From positions 3,328,001-3,392,000 of the forward strand of contig CAXXJJ010000004.1 in NCBI GenBank assembly GCA_963667015.2: 64,000 nucleotides of DNA, in the 5' to 3' direction. This DNA is from Desulfatiglandales bacterium. GTDB taxonomy: Bacteria; Desulfobacterota; DSM-4660; Desulfatiglandales; HGW-15. The translations under genes and the position numbers were made by a program. This document shows, one piece after another, positions 14,701 to 29,700 of the stretch (position 1 is its first letter; every line of letters starts with the position of its first letter). Below the pieces are notes generated by a model. The model was not told where the DNA came from, ran no database searches, and saw only the letters and a program-made list of their open reading frames with translations.

Positions 14701-17700
14701 TCCGCCAGAAGTTCTAATGAACTGGCATCAATTGCCGAATCCTGTATAAATGATTGAACGTCTGTAGAGATTTTATTTATAGCCACTACCCCTGATCCGC
14801 TTACAGAAACAGCCGCAAGACCGGCTGATACAGCGGCTGATTTGGAAAGAACAATAGCCCCGATAGTTTCGTCCGTTTCTGCCTCCTGTGTCAGGCCTCC
14901 TGCAGCAGTTACCGTTGAATCATCGATGTAGGTTTGAACCTGCGCCGGAGTTTTGTTGTCAAACAGATCATAGCCAATAAGATTTCTTGCAACAGCAGAA
15001 CCTATGGATGATCCATAACCTATGGCTCCACCTGTAACTGCGGCACTGGCTGCGCCGACTATTGCGTTTATGGCTGAAGTATCGGATGCCTCAAGGATAA
15101 CACCTCCTGCACTGAATACAGTGCTGCCGGTTATATATGCATTGGTTTCGGTTAAGATAATATTTGTTGCTATTGCGCCCGCGCCGCTTACTGATGTTCC
15201 GGTTAACAAGCCTATAGAAGCTGCCAGTGATGCTGCTGATGTGAGGGCATTTATTGTAGCCTCTTCTGACGCATGGATCCTTACAAAACCGGAACTATCC
15301 GTTGTAGTAACAGCGCTGTTATTTATAAATGATGATATCCTGTTACTGATCTCATTATGGGCAATGGAAACGCCTATAGATATTCCCGCTGCACCGTACC
15401 CTGGCCCTAAGGCTGCGGCAAGGCTTGCCGCTCCTGTTACAGCAGATATTTCGGATTTATCAATGGCACTTAAGTCCACGCTTCCTGAATCAACTGTAGT
15501 TACTCCGTCAATTTGTTCAATAAATGATTTTACATCTGCGTGGGTGGTATTGATTGCAACAGCGCCGGCTCCGCTTACGCTTACACCTATCGCACCGACT
15601 GACGCAGCTGCTGATCCTGAAGCAACTACTGCATCCATGGATTGCTCAGATAACGATGTAAGCTGCACAGTATTATCTGCATCAATGTCTGAATCCACTA
15701 TATATGCCCTTGTTTCAGCCGGGTTCTCAACCAGATTCACCTGCTTCCACAGTTCCGTATTTCCATAATCCTGGTTTCTAAGGTCAACATAGGTTTCACC
15801 TTCATCGGGCAACTGATTTTCTGAACCTATGTATTCATATACATCGCCTTCCCTTACTCCGCTTTCTATCTTAACTCTATCACCATTTACTATTTGGTTT
15901 CTTGAAGCTGTAGTAGAGTAATCGTAGGGAGTATCTATACCCAGTTCCCAGCCTATTAAATTCCTTGCAAAGGACAATCCGATGGAAACACCAACCCCTA
16001 CACCACCGCCTGCAGCAGCAGCGGAAAGAGACACGACACCCGAGGCAATTGTTGGTGACTTCACATTAAAATCATTTCCGTTTCTTTCAATGTTATAGAA
16101 ATCTCCGGTCTTTCTATCAATAACAGACCATTGTGAGCCTTCACTTCTAATGGTTACAGAAAGATCTCCCGAGTTTCCGATTCCCTCTGCAGCAAGCAAA
16201 GCGGAAAGTTCTACAATTAAAACATTATCATCTGCTATATCTGAGTTTCTCTCGTTAGCCGGGGTATGGGAGTTATCATCATCCGTTGAGTTTGCATCAT
16301 CCATCCTGCTCGCAAAATCATTCCCGTCAGCCACAGTAAATGTTTTCCCATCAGGTATCGCGGAAAGGCTTTCTGCAGAAAGAACAAGGTCACTGTTACT
16401 GTCAACAGTACTGTCCTCTATATATGCATTTGTCTTTGTAAGAATAACATTAGTTGCTTCGGCACCTGCACCGCTTACAGATACTGCCACCCCGGCGACT
16501 GTAATGGCTGTGGACGCTGCAGCAGAAAGGGAGTTAACCTGGGATCGTTCTATTGCCTCGACTGAAATATTTCCGGTGGTTGATATTACTGAACTATCCA
16601 ATATATAAGCGGTAACTTCGTTTTCGATCATATTGTGGGCAAAAGCTAATCCTATGGAGACAGCGACTCCAACACCGCCTAGTGCAGCCCCGGCTGATGC
16701 AGATCCTGCAAAGGCAACTATTTTTGAAGTATCTTCTGCAATAATATCGATGCTGCCGGCTGTAATAGTAGATCCGGCCTCTATGGTAGATTTAACATCT
16801 CCAAATATCAGGTTAACAGCCTGAACTCCTGTTCCGCTCACTCCTACCCCTACGCCACCCGGGGCTATAGCTACTGACATAGCCATCACAGCCGATTTTA
16901 TTGTCTCTTCAGCAACGGCTTTCTGGGCAAATGATCCTAAAGCTGTAACCTCTGAGTTACTTACATAAGAGATAGCGCCGCTATCTACCAGCTCTGACCC
17001 TATTATATTAACAGCAAATGAGGCGCCTATCGATACTCCAACCCCGACGACACCTCCTGCAATAGCAGCCGTTGATGCAAGAACAACTGCATTAATGCTA
17101 GAGACATCCTTAGCCTCGATTAAAACATCACCTTCACTGTATACATCACTGTCCTGTATATAGGCTGACGTATTTGTGAGAATTATATTTGTTGCTCCTG
17201 CACCTGCACCACTTACTGAAACGCCCACTCCCCCGACTGTCAGGGCAAGTGAAGCTGCTGCTGTAAGTGAATTAATATTTGCAGATTCTGTTGCGGTTAT
17301 TGAAACAGCTCCTGAACCGTCTGTAGTTACAATTCCATCGTCTGCATTATATATGAATGCTGCAATATCATTATTTATCTCATTTACAGCTCCCGCTGTC
17401 CCGATTGAAACAGCAACACCTACACCGCCAAAAGCTGCGCCCAGGCTGACTGCACCCGTCACCGCCGATATCCTGGATGCATCTTCAGCACTTATTGATA
17501 ATGAGCTCCCCTTGATACCGGCTATTTCTCCACTTCCTATTGCAGTATCTCCTTCAATAAAGGCCTTCACATCCGTGTTTATCGCATTGAGCGCTCCTGC
17601 ACCTGCTCCAGCCACGCCAACTGCAACGCCTCCACCTGTAGCGGCAGCAGAGCCTGCAACCACAAGCGCATCTATTGACTGATCAGAAAAGGAATTAAGT

Positions 17701-20700
17701 GATATTAATCCTCCAGCATTAACGCTGGAGTCAAGCATATAGGCCTGGACCTGGGCTGGGGATTCTACACGGTTTATCTGTTTCCAGAAATCGGTATTGT
17801 TGTAATCCTGCATGGCGAGTTTTGCACTGCCAATCGATTCCCAACGATCGGAATTTCTAAAATCTTCAGAACCCAGATTTAAATATGTGTTGTCGTCTCC
17901 TGTAAATTTATAAATTCCTGTTTCTGTTCCTTTATTTTCATCGTATCCGGCATTTACCTTAACCAGATCACCGTTATTCAGACTCTTTGCACCGTCATTT
18001 GTTGTGTAATCGTAAATAGTGGCCGTTGGACCGATATATTCATAAACATAGTCTTCCTTTACACCATCTTCTATCTTTACTGTTTTTCCAGTCTCAAGAA
18101 CTGCCGGTTCATCAGTGGTTGTATAATCAAAAGCTGTATCGGACGCTATTTCCCATCCAATCAGGTTTGTAGCATATGAAATACCCATTGACACGCCAAC
18201 ACCTACCCCGCCGCCTGCTATTGCAGCGGAGGCTGATATCACTGCAGCACTGATCGTTGACATTGAAACAGTAAAATTGTTTCCATCTCTGGTTATAGTA
18301 TAGGAATACCCTGTGTCTCTGTCGGTTACTGACCACTGCTCCCCTTCTGAACGCAGTGTAACCGCGAGATCACCCGAATTTATAATAAGGTTGTCCTCCA
18401 ACAAATCTGATAATTCAGCAATAAATGTGCTATCTGCCGCACTATCTGTTTCTTTCTCGTCTGCAACGGTATCTTCATTATCTACATCAACTGAAGAAGC
18501 ATCATCCAGTTTAGCTGCAAAATCATTGGCTTCTGCTTCATTTGCCATAACCAGGTCATTAAACCCGGGAGCACCTGAAAGTGCTTCAGCCTTAATGGAT
18601 GTTTCTCCGGCACTTACAATACTGCTGCCCTCAGCATAGGCATTAGTCTTTGTAAGAACAACATTGCTTGCCTCTGCTCCTGCGCCCGAGACAGATACTC
18701 CGACGCCTCCTATTGCCACACCCAGTGCAGCAGCGGCAGAGGCTGAGTTTATGAGGGATTTTTCAAGTGCATAGGCTGTAACATCAGTTCCTGTGGATTC
18801 CACACGGCTTTCTTTGATATAGGAAGAAACATTATTATCTATCATATTGTGAGCGATAGCAGCGCCTATGGATACAGCTACACCTGTACCGCCAAAACCG
18901 CCCGTAATTGCAGCAGCCCCTCCGTAGGCCATTATGCTTGATATATCTTCAGCTTTAAGGTCTACACTTATCCCTGTCACATCGCTCGCGTTATCTATAA
19001 AGGCATTTATATCGGTGGAAACCATATTTATTCCGGCAACTCCGGATCCACCAACGCCCACGCCAACGCCTCCAGCGCCTATGGCTACTGCCCCTGCAGC
19101 AATGATTGAATTAATACTCTCTTCGGCAGCTGCTGTGATATCAATATCCCCTGCGGCTGTTATTGTTGAGTTATCAACATAAGCCCTTACCTGAGCGGGA
19201 TCCTTTATGGGTATTGTGCCAAGCAACAGATCATACCCTATCATATTGCTTGCATGGGAAGCTCCTATCGCTACTCCAACACCTGTTCCGCCGCCTCCCA
19301 CGGATGCAGCCACTGCTGCAACTATTGCATCTATGGAAGATTTATCCTCTGCACTGATAATTACATTCCCTGCCGGGTCGGAAGTTGTAATTATACTTTC
19401 CTCAATATATGCATTGGTTTTTGTCAGTATCGAATTTGTCGCAGAGGCCCCTGCTCCGCTGATTGCAACTCCGGTTCCGCCTATGGCAACCGAGAGTGAG
19501 GCTGCGGCAGTGACACTGGAAATAGAGGATTTCTCGGCAGCCTCAACAGAAACAGAACCCGTATCTGCAGATATACTATCATCAGCTCTGGTTATAAATG
19601 ATGAGACTTCATTACTTATACCATTATGGGCAACTGCCAATCCAACTGATATTGCCACACCGGTTCCGCCAAATCCAGCTGCCAGGGTTGCTGCCCCCGT
19701 AATTGCATTGATGGTTGAGTTATCATCGGCCGCAAGAGAAATGCTTCCGGCCTGAATGCCGGAATTTTCACCGGATCCGTCACCATCAATATAAGACATT
19801 ACCTTTGCGGATATTAGATTCACGGCTCCCACACCGGCGCCGGAGACTGAAAATCCTGTACTTCCACCGGATGCGGCTACTGCACCTGAAACTACGATTG
19901 CATCAATACTCTGCTCGGAATTAGATTTTACAGTAACAGACCCGTCAGCTCTGATTCCCGAGTCAAGGATGAAAGCCTGAACATCAATAGGAGCTTCTCC
20001 CAGGTTTACCTGGCGCCACAGATCCTCATTTCCATAATCCTGCATGGTAAGTCTTGAGCTACCAACTGACTCCCAAAGATCATTATTGGTGTAATCCTGG
20101 GCACTTAAATTTACAAAATCGCCGTCACCGCCCAGATATCTGTATATTGTAGTACCGCTTCCCTTTATATTATCATCGGGATCATCTTCACCATATCCTG
20201 ATTCAAGCTTTACAAGGCTCCCCTTTTCAAGCAGCCTTACTCCGTCACTGCTTGTATAATCGTAGAAATCAACATCTTCACCGATATATTCATATATATT
20301 ACCGGCCTTGATACCAGACTCGATTTTAACCCTGTCACCGTTTTTAAGACCAGATGGATTATCCCCGGTTGTGTATTCATATTCCGTATCAAGTATCTCT
20401 TCCCAGCCAATTATGTTGCCTGCAAATGATACACCGATTGATACTCCAACTCCGGTACTTCCACCTGCCAGTGCTAATGAAGCAGTTGCAATTACCGCTT
20501 TGATTTCCGCATCGTTGGATGCGGTTATACTTATGCCTGAAGAGTCAAGGATGTAGCTGTCCTTTATATAGGCATTGGTCTTTGTGAGTATCACGTTAAT
20601 CGCTTCAGCGCCTGCTCCGCTTACTGCTACGCCTGTCTGAGCAATTGCTACAGACAATGCTGCAGCTGCAGATACGGCATGTATCCTGCTGCTCTCTGTC

Positions 20701-23700
20701 GAAAGGATATCTATTTTTCCAATTGCATTAATCGCATCTGAGTTATCTATAAAGGATTCAACACTGCTGCTTATTGTATTGTGGGCAAGAGATACACCGA
20801 TTGATACGGCAACTCCCACGTTACTTGCGAATGATGCAGCAAGTGAAGCAGCTGCAGCGATAACCGATATTGTTGAAGTATCGGTAGCCGAAAGTAAGAT
20901 ATTTTCTGCAGAAATACCTGTGTTACCATCCCCGTCTATTGACGTTTGAACATCAACTCCTATCCAGTTTTCTGAGAAAACTCCGGATCCGCTTACTGCA
21001 ACTCCTAATTTACCGGCACCTATTGCTGCTGATCCTGCTATTACTGCAGCATTTATGGTCTGATCGGCAACAGCCGTCTGGGAAAGATCGCCTGTAGCAT
21101 TTATACTTGAATTCTCAATGTATGATCTTACTTCGGATGATTCCCGGGTATAATCTCCCTGATAACCTATGAGGTTGCGGGAAATGGCCGCACCTATTGA
21201 AACCCCTACACCTGCGCTGCCTCCGCCTCCGACTGCAGCAGATGCTGCCACAACCGCTGAGTTGATTGACTGATTGCTCTTTGAGCTGAGGTTTACATTA
21301 TCAGAGTTTAAAATGGAGCTGTTTCTTATAAATGTACTGGTATCCGAGAGTATTACGTTCTGTGAAAAGGCTCCTGCTCCGCTTACTGCTACACCGACTC
21401 CCTCTGATAATCCGATTCCGACACCCAGAGATGCAGCTGCCGAAACCGAGTTTATAGTTGATTCAGATATGGTAATGCTATTACCGTTCTTTTTAAGCAC
21501 ATAGGTTGTTCCGGATCCATCAATAAGTGTCCACCCCTTATCACCCGAAAGCTTTGATATTTTTAATCCTCCGGATACAAGCTGCCACCTGGCTGAATTG
21601 GAATAATCTTCCGTACTCAGATTAATTGAATTTACAGAATATGATTGCCAGAGGGGATCAGTTGAAAAATCTACTGTTCTGAGGTCTGTTATGGAATCTC
21701 CCTGGACATCCGATCCCGTAAATTCATAGTAATAACCAGTCGCTATATCCTTAACAATTGTTCCGGCTACAATATTGAGGCTGGATGATTGATTGGAAAA
21801 ATAATCCTGATAACCATGGAAGCGGTAAATGCCCCCTGCCTGACCTCCCTCTGAGTAGTCAAATGAGAGTTTTACTGTATCTCCATTTTCAAGCGTAGTA
21901 TTACCATCAGCAGTGGTAAACTTTGCATTACCGAGAGATGATACAATTTCCCAGGTACCTGTGCTGGAATAGTCTTCAGTACTCAGATCGGTATTAAATA
22001 ACTGCCACTTTTCATCGCTCTTAAAATCAATATTGCTGAGATCTGTAATTGCTGAGCCTTCTGCCATTGTGCCGAAAAACTCATAATATCTATCGCTATC
22101 AATATCCTTAACTATGGTTCTGGCTTTTACGGTTACATTTGTATTATTTGACTGGTAATCAAAATAATCATCTTCCGAATCAAAATAATTCCACTTTTCA
22201 TCATTGCCAAAATCAACTGCTGTCATATCTGTAATTGCTGCAGCCTCTTCACTGCTGCCTGAAAATACATAAAAAGCGCCTGTATCAATATCCTTAACTA
22301 TTGTACCGGAACTTACTGATACACCTGAAGAAGCAGCTGAATCATAATCCTGATATCCAAGATAGCGGTATATGCTTCCTGCAACACCGCCGTTCGCATA
22401 ATCACCTGAGAGTTTTACAGTATCCCCTTCCACGAGGGACTGATTACCATAGAGGGTTGTATAGAGAGCCTCATTTGAGACACTGTCGCCAGAAGTAAGG
22501 TTAATACCATGTTCCTCAAGAGCTGTTCTGAGTTTGGCAAGTATGGTGTTGTCAGTTAATGTATCCTGGGTTTCTTCGTTTACAGCATCATCCGAAGGAT
22601 CATCAGGGTCATCAGTGTCGCTGTTGGGATCGTCCGGATTATCCACTTCCCTGCTTGATGCATTATCCAGGTCATCAAATGTAAAGCCGTAATCATCGGG
22701 ATCAAAATCAAGGGCATTATCAGCGTTTGATCCGGCATACAATGATACATCTCCTATTGTAGCGATTCCATCATCCGCGTTTGCTATATACGCCTCAACC
22801 TGGTTATCCACTGTGTTGAATGCAAGTGAAAGCCCTATTGAAACCGATACACCGGCTTTGCCTCCAACCGAACCAGCTACAGAAGCTGCTCCTGCAATGC
22901 TGTTTATTGTGGATGAGTCATCAGCAACAAGAGAAATACTATTTGACGCTATTCCATCAGACCCGTCGCCGTTTATAAAGGCCCGTACATCTGAAGAAAT
23001 ATTGTTTTCCGCATAAACCCCGGCTCCGCTAAGGGCCAGCCCGAGTTTTCCGCCGCCGGCCAGGGCAACCGCACCTGCAAGAACCGTTGAGTTTATACTC
23101 TTTGATGCCACTGCATCGGCTGTCAGGTCACCGGATGCGTGGATGCTGGAATTTCTGACATAGGACTGGATCTCCGATCCCGACTTTGTAAGATCAGCTC
23201 TTTTCCATGCATCTTTGTCACCGAAATCTTCTCCCCCAAGATCCAGTGAGCTAAGGCGTGTCCAGTAGGCTGCATTCTGATAATCGGTGATCTGAAGATC
23301 CCATGTTCCTGTTGCCAAAACTACCGCGCCTGTTAAACCTGTGGCATCGGAATTGAGGTCTTCAACAAGATAAATCGTTTCACCTTCAACAGATTCAATT
23401 GTATATGTTCCGGTATTTGCTCCTGCACCGGTTATGTCTATTCGCTGACCTGCAGCAAATCCCTTTTCTGCCCAGCTATTGTCAGCCCACTTTATGCTGT
23501 CATAATCATCATCCGACTCATCATGATCAAAATCAAGGATTTCACCTTCAAGCGAAACCTGGCTGTCATTATAAACATACTGATATACTCCGGGAGCAGC
23601 AGCGCCCGAGTTTTCCAAATCAACCCAGACCCTGTCACCTGCTTCAGGACTGAAAATACCTGCATCTGCACTGTAGTCGGACCTTTCAATTCCGGAGCCA

Positions 23701-26700
23701 ACATATTCATATACCTCACCCTCCCATACTCCATCAGTTGTGACCTTTACCAGGTCTCCGGTGTTTATAGAATTGACATTATCAGATGATGTATAATCAA
23801 TAATCAACTCTTCAGATCTGGATCCGATTATGTTTCTTGCGACCGATGCACCGATTGCAACACCGATACCCGCCTTTGATCCGTAACTTAAAGAGGCTGA
23901 TAATGTTGGGACTATAGCAAGGATTTCCGATGAACTTATTGAGTCAAGATCAATATTTCCTACCGGATTTAATATTGTACCCAGAATACTGTTATCAATA
24001 TAGGAATTAGCAGATGACGTTATGTAGTTTCCTGCAATAGCTCCTCCACCGCTTACAGCCGCTCCAACACCTCCTTTACCGCCTCCGCCTGATCCTCCTC
24101 CAGATGCTCCGGTTGATATGGCCGCGCCTATAGAGGCAGATACAGCGATTGCCTGAATAGCGGCATTATCAACTACTTTCACTATTACATCATTTCCTCC
24201 GGTCAGTATTTCGGATGCATTTTTAATATAGGCTTCCGTTACATTTCCTATTCTGTTATCCACGACGGAAATGCCGATAGAAAGAGAAGCACCCGTACCG
24301 CCGCCGCTGCTCGCGCCCACACTCAATGCAGCGCCAATGGCAAGACCCCAGATTGAGCTGTCCGACTCTGATGTTATGGAGAGATCACCGTCTATATCAA
24401 TTGTTGAACCGTTTATATAGCTGCTTACTTTATTGGCAATATTGTTTACAGCAAATGCTCCGCCAACTGCTACTCCTAAGCCCTGACTTCCTGCACCGAC
24501 AGCAATACTGCCTCCTATTGCATTGGCGATAATCCCTGTATTGTCAGAAGCTCCAAGAGTCAGCACTCCATTCCCCTTAACAGTTGCTGAATCCGATATA
24601 TGCGCATCGATTATGTTATGTATAACATTTACAGACCCTGCTACTGATCCTCCGACAGCGCCACCAAACCTGTTTTTACCATAGCCGACTGAAAGGGATC
24701 CTGCGATTGTCAATGCCCATATCCGGGAGGCAGAATCAGCATCAATTATAATATCTCCTGCAGGATTTGCGATCGTTCCAAGGTCAGAATCAGTGACTTT
24801 TGCGACTGTTTCATTGGAGACCACATTTACTGCAACCGACCCTCCTATGGAAAGACCAAAACCTGTGTTTCCGCCCGAACCCACAGCAATGCTTATTCCT
24901 CCTGCATCTGCCATTATTGATGAGCTGTCTTTTGCCTCGACAGTGATATTCCCATTATTCAGGCTTTCAACACTGCTTTTTTCGATGTAACCTGCCGTGC
25001 TGTTATTTATAACATTTATAGTGGTAGCTCCGCTTATGGCAACGCCGACACCTGTTCCCGAACTTCCTCCGCCATCCTGTCCCGGAGAGTTTCCAACACC
25101 AACGCCAAGTGATCCAGCAATCGCCAGTGCCCATATGGCAGCATTGGAATCTGCTTCCAGCTCAACTCCGCCGTCAGACAGGACATCAACATTTGACATG
25201 TAGGCAGTTACACTGTTTTTAACCACATTGATGATCACCGAGGCACCAATTGAACCACCCAGCCCTGTGGTTCCTCCAATACCCACTGCAACACTCAATA
25301 CACCGGCATTTCCAAGAATAAGGGAATTATCCTTTGCATTAATAACAACATCACCGGCATTTCCTGTTATAATTGTATGCAGACCGGCTGTATCGCCCTT
25401 TATATAAGAACTGATGGATCTTTCGATTGTATTCAAAGATCCGGCGCCTGCTCCTGAGAATGCCAGGCCATAGGATTCTTTTCCTTTACCGCCTGATCCC
25501 ACTCCAGCCAGGGTCATCGCCCAGATATCATTATTGGATTCGGAATTAAGGTCAATACCACCGGAGGCGGTTACATCAGAGCCGTCAATATATGATTTGA
25601 TATAGCCGGAGACCGAATTTATGGATATTGATGCCCCAATAGATGCCGCTCCAGCCTTATTTCCCAGGGCTACCGCAACCCCCAGGATGCCCGAATTGGA
25701 AAGAATGGTTGAGGCGTCATTTGCTGTAAGGGATACATCCTGTCCTGCTCCGCTGTTAACAGTGCTTCCGTTTCCGATATAGGTTTCAACATTACTTTCA
25801 ATATCATTTACGCTTCCTGCACCTGCTACAGTCAGGGCCCCTCCGAAATTTGTTTCTGCCCTGGAGCCGGCACCTACACCTCCAATGGTCAGTGCCCAGA
25901 TTGACCCACCCGAAAGGGCGTCCAGATCAACCTTGCCTCCGGAGGCAACATATGAGGATGAAATGTAGGCTCTGGTTTCCTTATCCAGAATATTCACGGA
26001 GAATGTCCCGCCAAGTGATACGGCAACGGCTGACGTTTTACCAACAGCACCGGATACTCCCATAATCAGGGAGTTTGCTGTAATAGCCGAATTGTCTTCC
26101 GCAGATACAGATACATTGCCATTTGTTGTCTGAACATTGCTTCCGTTTTCGATATATGATTCGACTTTTGAATCTACCGCATTTATTGACCCGGCTGCAC
26201 CCGCTGCCAGAGCAAAAGCGAATTTCTCCGTTCCCTTTGCACCTGCGCCAAATCCGCCTGTGGTCAGTGCCCAAATATATGAATCGGATTTTGCAGTAAC
26301 ACTGACATCTTTTTTACCCTTTACCGTGGCACCTGAAATTCCGGACCTTATGTTCTTATTTCCCGTATTAACAGCGATAGCCGCACCAAGAGCAACCCCG
26401 ACTCCCCATTCACTTCCCTTGGCATAACTTATTCCAATGGATCCTGCATTACTGATAATAAGAGAATTGTCTGCAGCGGTAATGGTTACACTTTCTTCCC
26501 TGCTCTCTACACTTCTTCCTGCTGTATTGTCACTTTCATTTATATAGGCAAGTGCCTCTGCATTTATTACGTTTATGGAAGCCGAACCTGCACCTGCAAG
26601 TGCAAAACTGCCCTTTGTAGAATTTGCACCTGCACCTGAAAGACCGCTGGCAACGGATATTACCGTTTCATTTGATTTTGCATCTACAGCTATTGTACCG

Positions 26701-29700
26701 TCTGAGACAAGGCTTGAATCCAGTACATAAGAGTGAACTTTGCTGGTCACAATACTTACAGCTGCCGAAGGACTTACAGATACAGCCGCCTGTGATTTTG
26801 TATTGTTGCCGCTTGTACCGGCACTTTTTTCATTGCCGGTGCTCGCGGTTCCTGAATCACCTGACTTTGACTTGTCGTTAGTGGATGCAGTAATGCTTAA
26901 GGAACCGGCTCCCGTTCCTATGATATTATTGTCAGAGGCTGATACCGATATTCCCTTGCCGCCGGGTAAAACGGAAACGCTGCTGTCAAGTATTGACGAT
27001 TCGGTAAGTCCTGATATTATGTTTACTGTTGCAGAGCCTGCAACCCCAAATCCGCTGTTATTCTGTGTATAGGCTATACTGCCGCTTGTGGCAACGCCCA
27101 CTATTACCTGGCTGGTGTCAGCAGTAACTTTCAGACTGTCATCAATTGCTAAGACGGATGAATCAATAAAAGCCTTTGTATCCCCGGTAATATTATTGAC
27201 AACAACTGAAACTGATCCTGCCCCGGCTATCACAGGTTGATTTTTCGGAGCCTCTTCATTTCCTGGCTTTTTTGTATCCTCGGCCGTTGTTGTCTTTTTG
27301 GTGCTTTCATTTACTGTTTTTGAGACATCTTTCTTGCCTGAGATGGCGCTTTTAATAGCCTTCTGAATATCCGTTATCCAGGCATTTTCTATTTCCGCAT
27401 CAGTCCCGCTATAGGTTTTTCCTTCAACAGTGACCGTAAACCATACTTTTTTCCTTCCTACTGCATGGGCATCGTAATCACCTACTGCAAGGGTAAATGT
27501 CTTGGTCGTTGTTGTAGGAGATGCGGATGTGGGACGTGTGAAAAATTCGGTCAGATTGATATCTGTATCACCGCCCTCGACCTTTTTATCCGGGTTTCCT
27601 TCGTCTGCTGTTGCGGTGGATCCGTTCCAGTAGGCGAGTTTGCCCTTAAAGGACATCCATACCTGCTTGTTGGGAAGCAGTCTTACTGTCGGAACAGGGC
27701 GAAGGATTTTATCATTTACCTGTTTTTCCGGTTCAGGCGGATCCGGCTGAGGATCTTCGGTTTTTACGCTGTTATCATAATAGGAGGCCGTAATTGAAGA
27801 TGACCCGGCCCATGAGCCAATCCAGGCATCATTAAGGGCTTCTATGTCTGTAATGTCAGCTGTTATAATATTTGCCCGGTAAAGGGCTGCAATAGTTTCG
27901 TCATCTATCCGGTTATAGGAAACATTTCCCGAAAGAGACATTTCCGGCATCCAGGTCGGAAATTTATCCTTATCCGTTTTATCAGTATTTTCTTTTGCCT
28001 TATTCTGGTCTGTCATCTGGTTACTGTGCTTGCTTCCCAGTGTTGCCTTTTCCTGCTGGGCAGGCTTTTTATCCAGGGATTGCTGAAGCACACCTGACAT
28101 TGCAACCGAAAGCAGACCACCGCTGTTTTTTGAATTTACATTGACATCACCGTCACTTTCAATAAACACTTCCCCGGTTGAGTCAGTTGATTCATTTCCT
28201 ATTTCTGAAGAGGTATCTCTGTTAACCGTATTTATAGCAATATTTGCAGCGCCGCCAATATCACCGGCATATGCAAAAGCCGTACTTCCGTTTACCAGGT
28301 AGGTCGAATCCGTTGCCTTTACATTGATGTCAGTGCCGCTATCAACTATAAATCCGCCGTCAATATAGGCTTTTGTAAGGTTATCAATATCAACAAGAGA
28401 GAATGTGCCGTTGAATGCTATTTTTCCAGGCTCCTGAACCCCCAGTTTCTGTCCGCCAAGGGCTTTATCGGAGAATGATTTCTTTTGATTGCTGTTCTGG
28501 GTATTTGGTGAAGTTGATGCCGGTGCATCTTCCAGTTTCAATAACAGCGGCGACCCTGAAAGGCTCGTGGTGACAATTACAGAGCTGTTTTTTGAATCAA
28601 CATTGATTTTACCTGCATCAGACTCTATTGAAACTCCCGTTACTGAAAACTCATTTGAAAGTTCAACATTATCCGCGAGATAAATTGTATCTCCCTTAAT
28701 AGATTTGATCTCAAAAGTGTCATTATTTTCAAGAGATCCCGTAACCGTGATCTTCTGACCGGCCATAAAACCGTCGTATTCCCAGTCCCCTCCGTCGTTT
28801 CTTACGATGCTGTCCACACCGTTGGGATCGTGCACAAAATCAAGTTCAAGATCCTTATCCTTAACAGAAAGGACCCTGTCATAACCGGTGACTGATACAC
28901 CTCCTGCACCATTTTCGGTGGAAAGATCAGTGTCAAGGATAAAGAGAGATGCACCATCAACATAATCAACTATATAGGTATCATCGTTACCGCTTGTTCC
29001 CGTTACAATTATCAACTGCCCGGAATAGAACCCGTCATTAAGCCATTCGCCTGCTGATCTTACTATGCTGTCAGAACCTGAAGGATTCACTACAAAGTTC
29101 AGGGTAAGGCCTCCGGCCATTGAGTTGGATTCTTCATACCTGGTTACGGAAACCCCGGTAGCAGATGTTTCATCAGTAAAATTGCCATTAACAAGATAAA
29201 GCTTGCTGCCGTCAACTGATTCAACTATATAACTGTCATCATTGCTGGCTGTTCCGGTTACCGTCACCCTCTGACCGGCCTCAAAACCGTCCGTCTCCCA
29301 GTCACCGCTAGACCGGGTTATGAAGTCGGTTCCCTCAACACCGTCATGGGTAAAATCCATAACAAATGAAGCGTCCTCCAGGGCCATTGTAAGCTTTGCA
29401 CCGTCAGCCTGAAGCCTTCCGACTTTCTGGATTGTAACACCCGGATCGGTAATCAGGCTGAGAGCCTTTGGACCTTCTGAAAGTGTTAAAACGGTTGAAG
29501 ATAAATTGCTGATCTTGAAAAGACCATCGTCATCAGCATCAGGCAGATTTGAAATGCGGACCCAGTCGCCAATTCTGAAGTTATCATTCCAGTCACCATC
29601 GATATCCGATCTTGTCAGGGTAAGTCCGATGGAATCAAAACTGATATCTCCATCGGCGATTGTAACAGCGGGCTCCGAACCAACACCGTCGCCAACACTT

